Shown here piece after piece: positions 6,674 to 15,342 of a stretch of DNA of 32,278 nt. How positions within the stretch are numbered: the first letter of the stretch is position 1; each line of letters starts with the position of its first letter. This stretch comes from Actinomycetota bacterium (lineage in GTDB: Bacteria > Actinomycetota > Thermoleophilia > Gaiellales > Gaiellaceae): positions 1 to 32,278 of the forward strand of contig JAFAIV010000343.1 in NCBI GenBank assembly GCA_019236545.1. The letters run 5' to 3'. The notes below the pieces were generated by a model, which saw only the letters and a list, made by a program, of their open reading frames with translations, was not told the origin of the DNA and made no database searches. The position numbers were made by a program, and so were the translations under genes.

Positions 6674-8385
6674 GCCGCCGGATCGCGATCGTCGGAGCCG
6701 GCCAGTCCGGGCTGCAGCTCGCGCTCGGGCTGGCCGGCGACGGCCACGAGGTCACGCTCGTCACGAACCAGACGGCCGAGCAAGTCCTCCACGGCCGGGT
6801 CCAGTCGAGCCAGTGCATGTTCGAGAGCGCGCTGGAGACGGAGCGCGCGCTCGGCCTCGACTTCTGGAGCGAGGAGTGCCCGCCCGTCGAGGGCATCTCG
6901 CTCACCGTCCCCGGCGCGTTCCAGTGGTCGGCCCGGCTCGACCGGCCGGCGCAGTCGGTCGACCAGCGCCTCAAGCTCTCCGGCTGGCTGCGCGAGTACG
7001 AGGCGCGCGGCGGCCGGCTCGTCGTCCAGGAGGCGGGCGTCGACGACCTCGAGCGGCTCGCGCGCGAGCACGAGCTCGTGATCGTGGCGACGGGCCGCGG
7101 CGTCCTCGGCGGGCTCTTCCCGCGCGACCCCGAGCGCTCGCCGTACGACGCGCCGCAGCGCGCGCTGGCGCTCACCTACGTGCGCGGGCTCGAGCCGCGG
7201 CGGGAGTTCTCCGCCGTCTGCTTCAACCTCGTCCCCGGCGTCGGCGAGTACTTCGTCTTCCCCGCGCTGACGACGAGCGGGCCCTGCGAGATCATGGTCT
7301 TCGAGGGCGCGCCCGGCGGCCCGATGGACTGCTGGGACGACGTGACGACGCCGGCGGAGCACCTGGCGCGCTCGCTCGAGATCCTCGAGCGCTTCCTCCC
7401 GCACGAGCGCGCCCGGGCGAACGGCGTCGAGCTGACCGACCCGAACGGCGTCCTCACCGGCCGCGTGACGCCAACGGTGCGCCAGCCGGTCGCGCGCCTC
7501 CCGTCGGGCGCGCCCGTGCTCGCGATGGCCGACGCGGTCGTCCTCAACGACCCGATCACCGGCCAGGGCTCGAACAACGCCGCAAAGTGCGCGGAGATCT
7601 ACCTCGAGCGGATCCTCGCCCAGGACGGCGCGCCGTTCGACGAGCGCTGGATGCGGCAGACGTTCGACCACTACTGGCGCGGCTACGCGCAGTGGGTCGT
7701 CGGCTGGACGAACTCACTCCTCGCGCCGCCGGCGCCGCACGTCCTCCGGCTGCTCGAGGCCGCGACGGAGGCTCCCTCGCTCGCGGCGACGATCGCGAAC
7801 GGCTTCGACGACCCGCGTACCTTCTATCCCTGGTGGTTCGACGAGCGCGAGGCGGACCGCCTGATCGCGGCGCGGCGCGCGCAGGACGCGCAGGGCGTCG
7901 ACCTCCGCGAGCTGCGGAACGCGTTCGGCCAGTACGCGACCGGCGTCACCGTCGTCACGGCGCGCGGCGAGGACGGCCGGCCCGTCGGCGTCACGGCCAA
8001 CTCGTTCTCGTCGCTGTCGCTCGAGCCGCCGCTCGTCCTCTGGGCGCTCGACCGGAAGGCGTCGAGCCTGGCCGCGTTCCAGTCGGCCGACCACTTCGGC
8101 GTCAGCGTCCTCTCCGCCAGCCAGCACCACCTCTCGCGGCTCTTCGCGACGAGCGGAGCCGACAAGTTCGCCGGCGGCGTCGCGCACGACGGGCCGTCCG
8201 GTGTGCCGCTGCTCGACGGCGCGCTCGCGCACTTCGTCTGCCGCTCGGTCCGCCAGCTCGACGCCGGCGACCACGTCCTCGTGATCGGCGAGGTCGAGCA
8301 CTACGAGACGTTCGACGGCGAGCCGCTCGTCTTTCACTCCGGCGCGTACCGCGTCGCGACGCGGCACCCCGAGCTGCTCGACTAG
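6670..8385 (+). CDS. styA2B: StyA2B-type fusion: StyA-like monooxygenase fused to a C-terminal StyB/HpaC-like NADH:flavin reductase
   Basis: TTG 6670 overlaps the styA1 stop (TTGA) and is in frame with listed ORF 5575..8385. The N-terminal part (SRRIAIVGAGQSGLQLALGL...NDPITGQGSNNAAK...) is paralogous to styA1. From about 7894, LRNAFGQYATGVTVVTARGEDGRPVGVTANSFSSLSLEPPLVLWAL...GDHVLVIGEV is a flavin-reductase domain. The first 1.1 kb of the listed ORF is an off-frame shadow of styA1. Confidence 0.85.
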   Translation: MSRRIAIVGAGQSGLQLALGLAGDGHEVTLVTNQTAEQVLHGRVQSSQCMFESALETERALGLDFWSEECPPVEGISLTVPGAFQWSARLDRPAQSVDQRLKLSGWLREYEARGGRLVVQEAGVDDLERLAREHELVIVATGRGVLGGLFPRDPERSPYDAPQRALALTYVRGLEPRREFSAVCFNLVPGVGEYFVFPALTTSGPCEIMVFEGAPGGPMDCWDDVTTPAEHLARSLEILERFLPHERARANGVELTDPNGVLTGRVTPTVRQPVARLPSGAPVLAMADAVVLNDPITGQGSNNAAKCAEIYLERILAQDGAPFDERWMRQTFDHYWRGYAQWVVGWTNSLLAPPAPHVLRLLEAATEAPSLAATIANGFDDPRTFYPWWFDEREADRLIAARRAQDAQGVDLRELRNAFGQYATGVTVVTARGEDGRPVGVTANSFSSLSLEPPLVLWALDRKASSLAAFQSADHFGVSVLSASQHHLSRLFATSGADKFAGGVAHDGPSGVPLLDGALAHFVCRSVRQLDAGDHVLVIGEVEHYETFDGEPLVFHSGAYRVATRHPELLD

Positions 8386-9467
8386 CCGAGCGCGTCGCCG
8401 AGCAGGCGAACGCTCGCGTCGCGCCCCTCGGGCGAGAGCGAGTACCAGTACCCGCGGGCGTTGCCGCGGAGGCGGATGAGCCCCGCGGCGCGGAGCTGGA
8501 CGAGGTGGTGGTGGATCGTCGACTTCGCCAGGCCGACGCTGACGACGAGCTCGCCGAGCGTCATCTCCTCCTCGGCGAGGCGGCGCAGGATCTCGACCCG
8601 CTTCTCGTCGCCGAGCGCGCGGCCGAGCCGGAGCAGCCGCTCGCGCAGCTCCTTCTCGGCGTCGTCGGCGAACGGAGCGGCCGGGTAGCCGATCACCCTC
8701 GCGTCGCGGCGCTCCATCAGCAGCAGCCACGGCGGCGCGGCGAAGTGCGGGAACAGGATCACGCGATCGAACTCCGGCTCCCGGAGGTACTCGTAGCCGC
8801 CGGTGACCTCGAGGACGGCGCGCTCGCCCGGACTTGCCGCGATCTTCGCGCGCGCCCCCGCGGCCTCGCGCTCGAGCGCGACGGTCAGCTCGGCCTCCCG
8901 CTCGGCGAAGACCTGCTCCGCGAACAGGCGCACGGCCTTGAGCACGTGGCGTTTCGTCTGGGCCGGCGTGAGCTCGAGCAGCAGGCGCAGCGACTCCCTC
9001 TCCCAGTCACCCACGCTGCGCAGCACCTGATCGACCGCCTCCGCGCTGCCCGCCGCGGCGCGCTCGAGCACGTCGGACTCGACCATGCGCTGCCAGGAGG
9101 GAAGGTCGACGCCGAGGAGGACCCGCCGGATCTCGACGCCGCTCATCTCCTCGAGGCGCGCGAGAAGCTCGGCGACCGAGCCCGTCTCGAGATCGAGCGC
9201 GATCTCGCCGAGCTGGAGCCAGCGGTCGCTGCCGTGCTCCCCGAACACGCCGATGGCCTTCCGGAGCGCGGCGGAAACGTCGGCGAGCGACGGCGCCCAT
9301 CCCTCCTCGGCAATCCGCGGCGCGTCGGACACCGTAAGCGCGTAGAGCCCGACCGACAGCTCGATTGCCGGGCTCGCGGCAACCTCTACGACGAGGGGCG
9401 CCGCGGATTTCCGGAATTCCCTTGCGGAGAGCCGTTCGACGTTGATAGAACGATTGTGCGATGGCAC
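8382..9467 (-). CDS. ArsR-family winged-helix transcriptional regulator with a long N-terminal domain (DUF5937-like architecture)
   Basis: C-terminal wHTH: LGDEKRVEILRRLAEEEMTLGELVVSVGLAKSTIHHHLVQLRAAGLIRL. The first 48 codons of the listed ORF (to 9611) are Arg-rich shadow over the AKR gene. The in-frame GTG at 9467 is the last start that keeps the ...VVEVAASPAIELSVGLYAL region. The start is uncertain. Confidence 0.75.
   Translation of the reverse strand: MPSHNRSINVERLSAREFRKSAAPLVVEVAASPAIELSVGLYALTVSDAPRIAEEGWAPSLADVSAALRKAIGVFGEHGSDRWLQLGEIALDLETGSVAELLARLEEMSGVEIRRVLLGVDLPSWQRMVESDVLERAAAGSAEAVDQVLRSVGDWERESLRLLLELTPAQTKRHVLKAVRLFAEQVFAEREAELTVALEREAAGARAKIAASPGERAVLEVTGGYEYLREPEFDRVILFPHFAAPPWLLLMERRDARVIGYPAAPFADDAEKELRERLLRLGRALGDEKRVEILRRLAEEEMTLGELVVSVGLAKSTIHHHLVQLRAAGLIRLRGNARGYWYSLSPEGRDASVRLLGDALG
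9405..9420. promoter_or_regulatory. Near-perfect 16-bp palindrome GGATTTCCGGAATTCC (perfect 8-bp core TTCCGGAA), candidate operator
   Basis: Read directly from the sequence. It lies 41 nt upstream of the AKR ATG (9461) in a locally AT-richer stretch, inside the 5' end of the divergent ArsR-type gene. Confidence 0.3.
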
Positions 9468-10516
9468 TCGGACAGGGTAACGGCTCGCGTTACCGCCTGC
9501 TCGGCCCAACCGGCCTGCGCGTGTCCGAGATCTGCCTCGGGACGATGACCTTCGGCACCGACTGGGGCTGGGGCGCCGAGGAGGACGAGTGCGCCCGCAT
9601 CCTCGACGCATATCGCGAAGCGGGAGGCAACTTCCTCGACACCGCGAGCAACTACACGAACGGCTCGAGCGAGCAGATCCTCGGCCGCCTGACTGCCGCC
9701 GATCGCGACCGGTGGGTGATCGCGACGAAGTACACCCTCAGCATCGACCGCGCCGACCCGAACGCCGGCGGCAACCACCGCAAGAGCCTCGTCCGCGCGC
9801 TCGAGCGGAGCCTGCGCAGCCTGCAGACCGACTACGTCGACCTGCTCTGGCTGCACATGCGCGATGCCACGACGCCGATCGAGGAGATCATCCGCGCGCT
9901 CGACGACCAGGTGCGGCTCGGGAAGGTGCTGTACGTCGGCATCTCCGACTCGCCCGCCTGGGTCGCTGCCCGCGCCAACGCGATCGCGGAGCTGCGCGGC
10001 TGGTCGCCGTTCGTCGCGCTCCAGCTCCCGTACAGCCTCGCCAGCCGCGACCCCGAGCGCGAGCTCCTTCCGATGGCCGCCGAGCTCGGCCTCACCGTCA
10101 TGGCGTGGGGCGTCCTCGAGGCCGGCGCGCTCGCCGGCCGCGCGCCGGAGACGCTCCGCTGGCCGGGCGACCTGACCGAGCGCGACCGCCTCGCCGCCGC
10201 CGCCGTGGAGGAGGTCGCCGAGGAGCTCGGCACCGCGCCGGGCACCGTCGCCATCGCCTGGATCCTCCGCCGCCGCCGCCCCGACGTGCTCCCGATCGTC
10301 GGCGTCCGGAGCGCCGGCCAACTCGCAGAGAACCTCGCTGCCGCAACCCTCGACCTGTCGCCCGAGCACCTCGCCCGCCTCGACGAGGCGGCCGCCCCGG
10401 CGCTCGGCTTCCCGCGATCCTTCCTCGAGTCCGACGGCGTCCGCGAGCTGATCTACGGCGAGACGTGGCCGTCACTGGTGCAGCGGTGGTCCGCGCCCTC
10501 TCCTGGCCGGGGATAG
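9461..10516 (+). CDS. Aldo/keto reductase family oxidoreductase
   Basis: YRLLGPTGLRVSEICLGTMTFG start. Catalytic-tetrad context: LDTASNYTNGSSEQILG (D, Y), IATKY (K), LLWLHMRD (H). Confidence 0.9.
   Translation: MALGQGNGSRYRLLGPTGLRVSEICLGTMTFGTDWGWGAEEDECARILDAYREAGGNFLDTASNYTNGSSEQILGRLTAADRDRWVIATKYTLSIDRADPNAGGNHRKSLVRALERSLRSLQTDYVDLLWLHMRDATTPIEEIIRALDDQVRLGKVLYVGISDSPAWVAARANAIAELRGWSPFVALQLPYSLASRDPERELLPMAAELGLTVMAWGVLEAGALAGRAPETLRWPGDLTERDRLAAAAVEEVAEELGTAPGTVAIAWILRRRRPDVLPIVGVRSAGQLAENLAAATLDLSPEHLARLDEAAAPALGFPRSFLESDGVRELIYGETWPSLVQRWSAPSPGRG
9476..9494. promoter_or_regulatory. Palindrome GGTAACG-N5-CGTTACC, candidate operator or hairpin
   Basis: Perfect 7-bp arms at 9476-9482 and 9488-9494. 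It lies 9 nt upstream of the ArsR-type GTG (9467, minus strand), inside codons 6-12 of the AKR gene. Confidence 0.3.
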
Positions 10517-11388
10517 AGCTCCGGCACCTCGCGGCGCTGCGGGCCGTCGCGCGCGAGCGCTCGTTCGGGCGCGCCGCGATGCGGCTCGGGTACACGCAGT
10601 CCGCGATCAGCCAACAGATCGCCGCGCTCGAGCGCGCCCTCGGCCAGCGGCTGCTCGAGCGGCCGTCCGGGCGCGGCGCGGTCGACCTCACGGCGGCCGG
10701 CCGGATCGTCGTCGAGTACGCCGACGAGGTCGCGCGCCAGCTCGCGGCCGCGAAGGCGCGGCTGGAGGCGCTCGAGCGGGCCGAGCCCGTCATCCGTGTG
10801 GGCGTCCACGCCTCGACCGGCCTCGCCGCGCTCCCGGAGATCCTCGTCCAGATGGGCGGCAGCTCGCTCGGGCGGGTGGAGACGTGCGAGCACCCGGACG
10901 ACCGGCATCTCGTCGACCTCGTCCTGCACGAGGAGCTCGACGCAGCCTTCGTGAACCTCCCCGTCGCGGCCGACGTCGCCGTTGCGGAGCTTCTGCGCGA
11001 GGACTGCGTCGCCGCGATGGCTCCCCAGGTCGCGGCCCGGCTCGACGAGCCGGTCGACGCCTCGCGGCTCGCCGGGCAGCAGCTGCTCGTGCTCCGCTCG
11101 TGCAACGACGAGATCGCCCGCGCGGGCCTGACGCCGGCGTTCGAGTCCGACGACCCCGGCCTCCTCTGCCGGATGGCCGCCGGCCGCCACGGCGTCGCCG
11201 TCCTCCCGCGCTCGCTCGCGCCGCTCGACGACCAGCGCCTCCAGCTGCGCGAGCTTCGGCCCGCGCCGCTGCGTCGGCTCGGGCTCGCCTGGAGCGAGGA
11301 CGCGCGTGCGCGGTCGCCGCTGCTGGCCCGCTTCGTCGAGACGACGGTCGCCTGCTTCGCGCCCGCGACGCAGCGCCTCGCCGGCTGA
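10486..11388 (+). CDS. LysR-family transcriptional regulator
   Basis: N-terminal HTH IELRHLAALRAVARERSFGRAAMRLGYTQSAISQQIAALERALGQRLLER followed by a substrate-binding-type domain. In-frame GTG 10486 (alternative GTG 10465) overlaps the AKR 3' end. The rest of listed ORF 9589..11388 is shadow. Confidence 0.85.
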   Translation: MVRALSWPGIELRHLAALRAVARERSFGRAAMRLGYTQSAISQQIAALERALGQRLLERPSGRGAVDLTAAGRIVVEYADEVARQLAAAKARLEALERAEPVIRVGVHASTGLAALPEILVQMGGSSLGRVETCEHPDDRHLVDLVLHEELDAAFVNLPVAADVAVAELLREDCVAAMAPQVAARLDEPVDASRLAGQQLLVLRSCNDEIARAGLTPAFESDDPGLLCRMAAGRHGVAVLPRSLAPLDDQRLQLRELRPAPLRRLGLAWSEDARARSPLLARFVETTVACFAPATQRLAG

Positions 11389-11501
11389 GCGTCCCTTCAC
11401 GCGGCATTCGGATTCGTGATGGCCCCGGGCCGGGGCCGCCGCGACCATCGAAGGCGGACCGGCGGGGGAGGCGCCCCTCGGACCGCATCGATAGACCCTC
11501 A

Positions 11502-11535
11502 CGGGGCACCGCACGCGCGGTGCCCCGGCCCTTTT
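11502..11535 (+). terminator. Putative intrinsic terminator downstream of the LysR gene
   Basis: Perfect stem CGGGGCACCGC / GCGGTGCCCCG (11502-11512 and 11517-11527) with a 4-nt loop, followed by GCCCTTTTC. The T-run is only 4 nt. Confidence 0.5.
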
Positions 11536-11638
11536 CGGAGCGGTTATGCCTCGTGAAGCCGCCATCAGCGTGCGTAATCGCGAGCGCGCATGGCCCCCTC
11601 TACGTTCGGCGCAGCCCACTCACGACGGAGGGAAACGC

Positions 11639-13399
11639 ATGCACAGAGGGTTCTGGACGGCCGCGGCGCTCGCCGCAGTCGCGCTCGCAGTGGCCGGCTC
11701 GGCCGCCGCGACGGGTGCGCGCCCGGCGGCGCACCTGGGGACGCCGGCCGCCGCGCCGTTCGCGCGGGCCTTCGCCCACACGCCGACGACCGTCGCCGGC
11801 CGCAAGGCGAAGCTGACGACGATCTGGGCCGAGGAGCAGGACGTCAACGGCTTCAACCTCGCGCTCAATTGCTGCGCCGCGACGGCGGGTGGCTGGATCG
11901 CCGACAACGAGGTTCAGCACGGCGCCTTCAACATCAACGACAAGGGCCAGTACTTCATGGACCTCGTCTCGTCCGCGAAGGCCGACCTCAAGGGGATCAC
12001 CTACACGATCCGGCCGGACGCCTACTGGTACGACGGCGGCAAGAAGGTCGCCGTCACGCCGGCCGACTTCGTCTACACCTGGCAGGAGCTGAACGGGTCG
12101 ATCAAGTCGAACGACCTCGTCAGCACCGCCGGCTACGACCAGATCGGAAGCGTCACCGGCAAGGGCAACACCGTGACCGCCACCTGGAAGAAGTGCCCGG
12201 CGGGCGGCCCGACGGCCGACAACCCGTGCGGCTTCTACGCGAACTGGCAGTCGCTGTTCTCGAGCCTCTACCCCGGCTTCGCGCTGAAGGGGCTCGACTT
12301 CAACAGCATCTGGGCGAACTGCATCTGCGACGCCCAGGGCCAGCCGATCTCGAACGGCCCGTTCTACCTGGCCGCGTACACGAAGGGCCAGGGCACCGTG
12401 CTCAAGAAGAACCCGTTCTTCTACAAGCCGGCAAAGCTCGAGGAGATCGACTTCAAGCTGATCCCGGACTCGAACACCGAGGTCCAGGCAATCCGCGGCG
12501 GTGAGGTCGACGGCCTAATGTCGCCGACGTTCGGCGCGAACCTCGCCCCGCTCCAGAGCACGCCGGGTGTCACGTTCAACGAGGTGCCGGGCTACTTCTT
12601 CGAGCACCTCGACCTGCAGGAGGGCGCGAAGGCGACGAACCCGCTGCTGCGGGCGCCGTGGATGCGCGAGGCGATCATGCTGGGGATCGACCGGCAGGGG
12701 ATCATCAACACGATCTACGGGCCGCTGGCGAAGGGCCTGAAGCCGCTCGAGAGCGCCGTCTACTTCGCCACCCAGTCGGTCTACAAGCCGGACTTCGCCC
12801 AGTGGGACTACAACCAGGCGAAGGCGTTCGCAATCCTGAAGAAGCACTGCACGGGCGGGCCGTCGGCTCCCGACCCGAACACCTCGTCGGTCTGGACGTG
12901 CTCCGGCTACCCGGCGACGTTCCAGTTCTCCTGGACGGCGTCGAACCCGACGCGCGCGAACCAGGAGGCGATCATCGAGGCTCAGCTCAAGAGCATCGGG
13001 ATCAAGATCGTCGCGACGCCGCGGACCGCGAACGTCTTCTTCGGCCAGTACGTGTCGCAAGGCGTCTACGACATCGTCGACTTCGCCTGGGTCAGCCCGA
13101 ACGGCGACCCGAGCGGGTACTTCGAGATCTGGCGCTGCAACGGCAACCAGAACTACCACCACTACTGCTCGAAGAAGGCCTCCGACCTGATGGCGAAGGG
13201 CCAGGCCGAGCCCGACCCGACGAAGCGGGCCGCGGACTGGAACGGCGCGGACGCGATCATGGCGCAGCAGCTCGCCACGATCCCGCTCTACCAGCGGCCG
13301 TCGCCGATCGCCTACCGCTCCGACCTGCTCGGGGTGCAGAACAACCCCGGCCAGGAGAGCGCCAGCTGGAACGTCGAGGACTGGCACTGGAAGTCCTGA
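11639..13399 (+). CDS. ABC transporter substrate-binding protein, family 5 (peptide/nickel/opine type)
   Basis: ATG 11639 has GGAGGG 6 nt upstream. Signal peptide MHRGFWTAAALAAVALAVAGSAAA. SBP_bac_5-like blocks include YTIRPDAYWYDG..VTPADFVYTW, FEHLDLQ and IPLYQRP. The track start at 11546 is an upstream extension. Confidence 0.88.
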   Translation: MHRGFWTAAALAAVALAVAGSAAATGARPAAHLGTPAAAPFARAFAHTPTTVAGRKAKLTTIWAEEQDVNGFNLALNCCAATAGGWIADNEVQHGAFNINDKGQYFMDLVSSAKADLKGITYTIRPDAYWYDGGKKVAVTPADFVYTWQELNGSIKSNDLVSTAGYDQIGSVTGKGNTVTATWKKCPAGGPTADNPCGFYANWQSLFSSLYPGFALKGLDFNSIWANCICDAQGQPISNGPFYLAAYTKGQGTVLKKNPFFYKPAKLEEIDFKLIPDSNTEVQAIRGGEVDGLMSPTFGANLAPLQSTPGVTFNEVPGYFFEHLDLQEGAKATNPLLRAPWMREAIMLGIDRQGIINTIYGPLAKGLKPLESAVYFATQSVYKPDFAQWDYNQAKAFAILKKHCTGGPSAPDPNTSSVWTCSGYPATFQFSWTASNPTRANQEAIIEAQLKSIGIKIVATPRTANVFFGQYVSQGVYDIVDFAWVSPNGDPSGYFEIWRCNGNQNYHHYCSKKASDLMAKGQAEPDPTKRAADWNGADAIMAQQLATIPLYQRPSPIAYRSDLLGVQNNPGQESASWNVEDWHWKS

Positions 13400-13412
13400 G
13401 CTAGCGCCGACG

Positions 13413-13444
13413 CCGGTCCGCGCCCGGCCCTGGGCGCGGACCGG
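13413..13444 (+). promoter_or_regulatory. Intercistronic stem-loop between the binding-protein and permease genes
   Basis: Perfect 12-bp stem CCGGTCCGCGCC / GGCGCGGACCGG with an 8-nt loop and no T-tract. It starts 14 nt after the SBP stop and ends 23 nt before the permease ATG. Confidence 0.5.
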
Positions 13445-13466
13445 CTCCTTCCCACGGAGCCACCAG

Positions 13467-14435
13467 ATGCTGAACTACGCCCTGCGGCGGATCCTCTACG
13501 GCGTTCCCGTCCTGATCCTCTCGACGTTCCTGAGCTTCTGCTTCATCTCGCTCGCCGGGGACCCGCGCCAGAACCTGCTGGCGAACCCGAACCTCTCGCG
13601 CGTCCACTACCACGCGCTCTACTTCAAGTACCACCTGAACGCGTCGATCCCGGTGCGCTACTGGTACTGGCTCGAGGACGTCTTCACGCACAGGCTCGGC
13701 CGCTCGCTCCTCACCTCGCAGCCGATCTGGCCCGACCTCGTCCGCGTCCTCGGACACACGCTGCAGATCGTGATCCTGGCCGACGGGCTCGCGCTCGTCC
13801 TCGGGATCGCCGTCGGCGTGCTGTCGGCGGTGAAGCAGTACTCGCTCTTCGACTACGTCTTCACGACGATCAGCTTCCTCGGCTTCGCGATGCCGACGTT
13901 CTGGCTCGCGCTGCTCCTGCAGGTGCTGTTCACGAACATCTACCTGCGCTGGAACGTCCGAATCTTCTACACGTCCGGCCTGAACAGCGGCGTCTCGGCG
14001 GACACGTGGTCGCTCGACCGGCTCCAGCACATCGCACTGCCGGCCCTGACGCTGGCGATCATCAGCTTCGCGCTCTACAGCCGGTTCGTGCGAGCGGCGA
14101 TGCTCGACGTGATCGGCAGCGACTACGTCCGCACGGCGCGCGCGAAGGGGATCCCGGAGAGGCTGGTGATCGGGCGGCACGTGCTCCGGAACGCGTTGAT
14201 CCCGCTCGTCACGGTCGCGGCCCTCAACCTCAGCGGCCTGCTCGGCGGCGCGATCATCACCGAGACGGTGTTCTCGATCGACGGCATGGGCTACTACTTC
14301 GTGACCCGGCTCGGCCAGCTCGACCTGTACGCGGTCATGGCGTACCTGGCCGTCACCGCCTTCATCATCATCCTCTTCAACCTGCTGGCCGACCTCGTCT
14401 ACGGGCTGCTCGACCCGCGGATCCGGTACGACTGA
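13467..14435 (+). CDS. ABC transporter permease (DppB/OppB-type, BPD_transp_1)
   Basis: MLNYALRRILYGVPVLILSTFLSFCFISLAGDP start. EAA-loop region DYVRTARAKGIPERLVIGRHVLRNALIP. C-terminus NLLADLVYGLLDPRIRYD. Confidence 0.9.
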   Translation: MLNYALRRILYGVPVLILSTFLSFCFISLAGDPRQNLLANPNLSRVHYHALYFKYHLNASIPVRYWYWLEDVFTHRLGRSLLTSQPIWPDLVRVLGHTLQIVILADGLALVLGIAVGVLSAVKQYSLFDYVFTTISFLGFAMPTFWLALLLQVLFTNIYLRWNVRIFYTSGLNSGVSADTWSLDRLQHIALPALTLAIISFALYSRFVRAAMLDVIGSDYVRTARAKGIPERLVIGRHVLRNALIPLVTVAALNLSGLLGGAIITETVFSIDGMGYYFVTRLGQLDLYAVMAYLAVTAFIIILFNLLADLVYGLLDPRIRYD

Positions 14436-15298
14436 GGCCGCAGCCGCGCGCCGGTGCCGAGGGCGACGCCGCCGAGGACGAGCGCGAGCGCGGCGAACGC
14501 GGAGGCGGCGAAGCGCTCGCCTAGGAAGATCGCACCGTAGGCGAGCGCGATCGGCGGGATCAGGTAGGTGACGAGGGCGGCGTACGCCGCGCCGGCGCTC
14601 TGGATGAGCGCGAAGAAGAGGAGGTACGCGACCGCCGTCCCCGGGATGCCGAGGACGAGGACGGCGGCGAACGTCTCCGCCTTCGGCACGTGCGCGGGCG
14701 CCTGCGCGATCCCGGCCGGCGCCGCGATGAGCGCGGCAATCGCCGTCGAGGAGAGCGCGACGACGAGCGGCGGCGTTTCGGGCAGATGCCGGACCGCGAT
14801 CAGCTGGCCGAGGGCGTAGCAGAGCGCCATGCCGACGACCGCGAGCGCGGCGAGGAGCTTCCCGTGCGGCTGCGCCCCGACGAGCAGCGCGACGCCGACG
14901 AAGCCGAGCCCGACCCCGGCGAGGCGCGAGCCGCTGACGCGGGACTCGCGGAAGACGAGGAGCGCCGCGACCGCGACGAAGATCGGCACGCCCGCCTGGA
15001 TGATCGACGCGAGGCCGGAGTCGAGGTGCTTCTCGCCCCACGAGAGGAGCCAGAACGGCATCGCCGTGTTGACGATCGCGACGACGAGAAGCCAGGGCCA
15101 GGCGCGGCGCATCTCCCGCCACGTCTCGCGCGCCCCGAGCCGGACGAGCGCGAACGCCGCGAGCGTCAGCGCCGCCGACGCGAGCCGACCGAGGATGAGC
15201 GTCGACGGTGCGAGCTGCCGGTCGGCGATCTTGATGAACATGAACGACGCGCCCCAGATGAGCGCGACCGCGACGAGCATCCCCGGATTTCGCCGCAT
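14399..15298 (-). CDS. EamA/DMT-superfamily transporter
   Basis: About 10 predicted TM helices in two EamA-like halves (LIWGASFMFIK..., ...VTYLIPPIALAYGAIFLGE). The 3' end overlaps the permease 3' end by 37 nt (convergent). Confidence 0.85.
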   Translation of the reverse strand: MRRNPGMLVAVALIWGASFMFIKIADRQLAPSTLILGRLASAALTLAAFALVRLGARETWREMRRAWPWLLVVAIVNTAMPFWLLSWGEKHLDSGLASIIQAGVPIFVAVAALLVFRESRVSGSRLAGVGLGFVGVALLVGAQPHGKLLAALAVVGMALCYALGQLIAVRHLPETPPLVVALSSTAIAALIAAPAGIAQAPAHVPKAETFAAVLVLGIPGTAVAYLLFFALIQSAGAAYAALVTYLIPPIALAYGAIFLGERFAASAFAALALVLGGVALGTGARLRPQSYRIRGSSSP

Positions 15299-15342
15299 CC
15301 CTTCCGAGGCTATCGGCCGGAAGCGCGGATAGACTGAGGCAC

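Noticed and set aside
15299-15342. Possible purine riboswitch or PurR-box leader upstream of purL, with similar regulatory leaders considered upstream of cbs and the gamma-lyase gene (SAM-type) and purH (ZTP-type).
   Set aside because: The available non-coding spaces (44, 43, 9 and 0 nt) are far too short for any known riboswitch aptamer. Only a weak 6-bp inverted repeat (CTTCCG...CGGAAG) is present upstream of purL.
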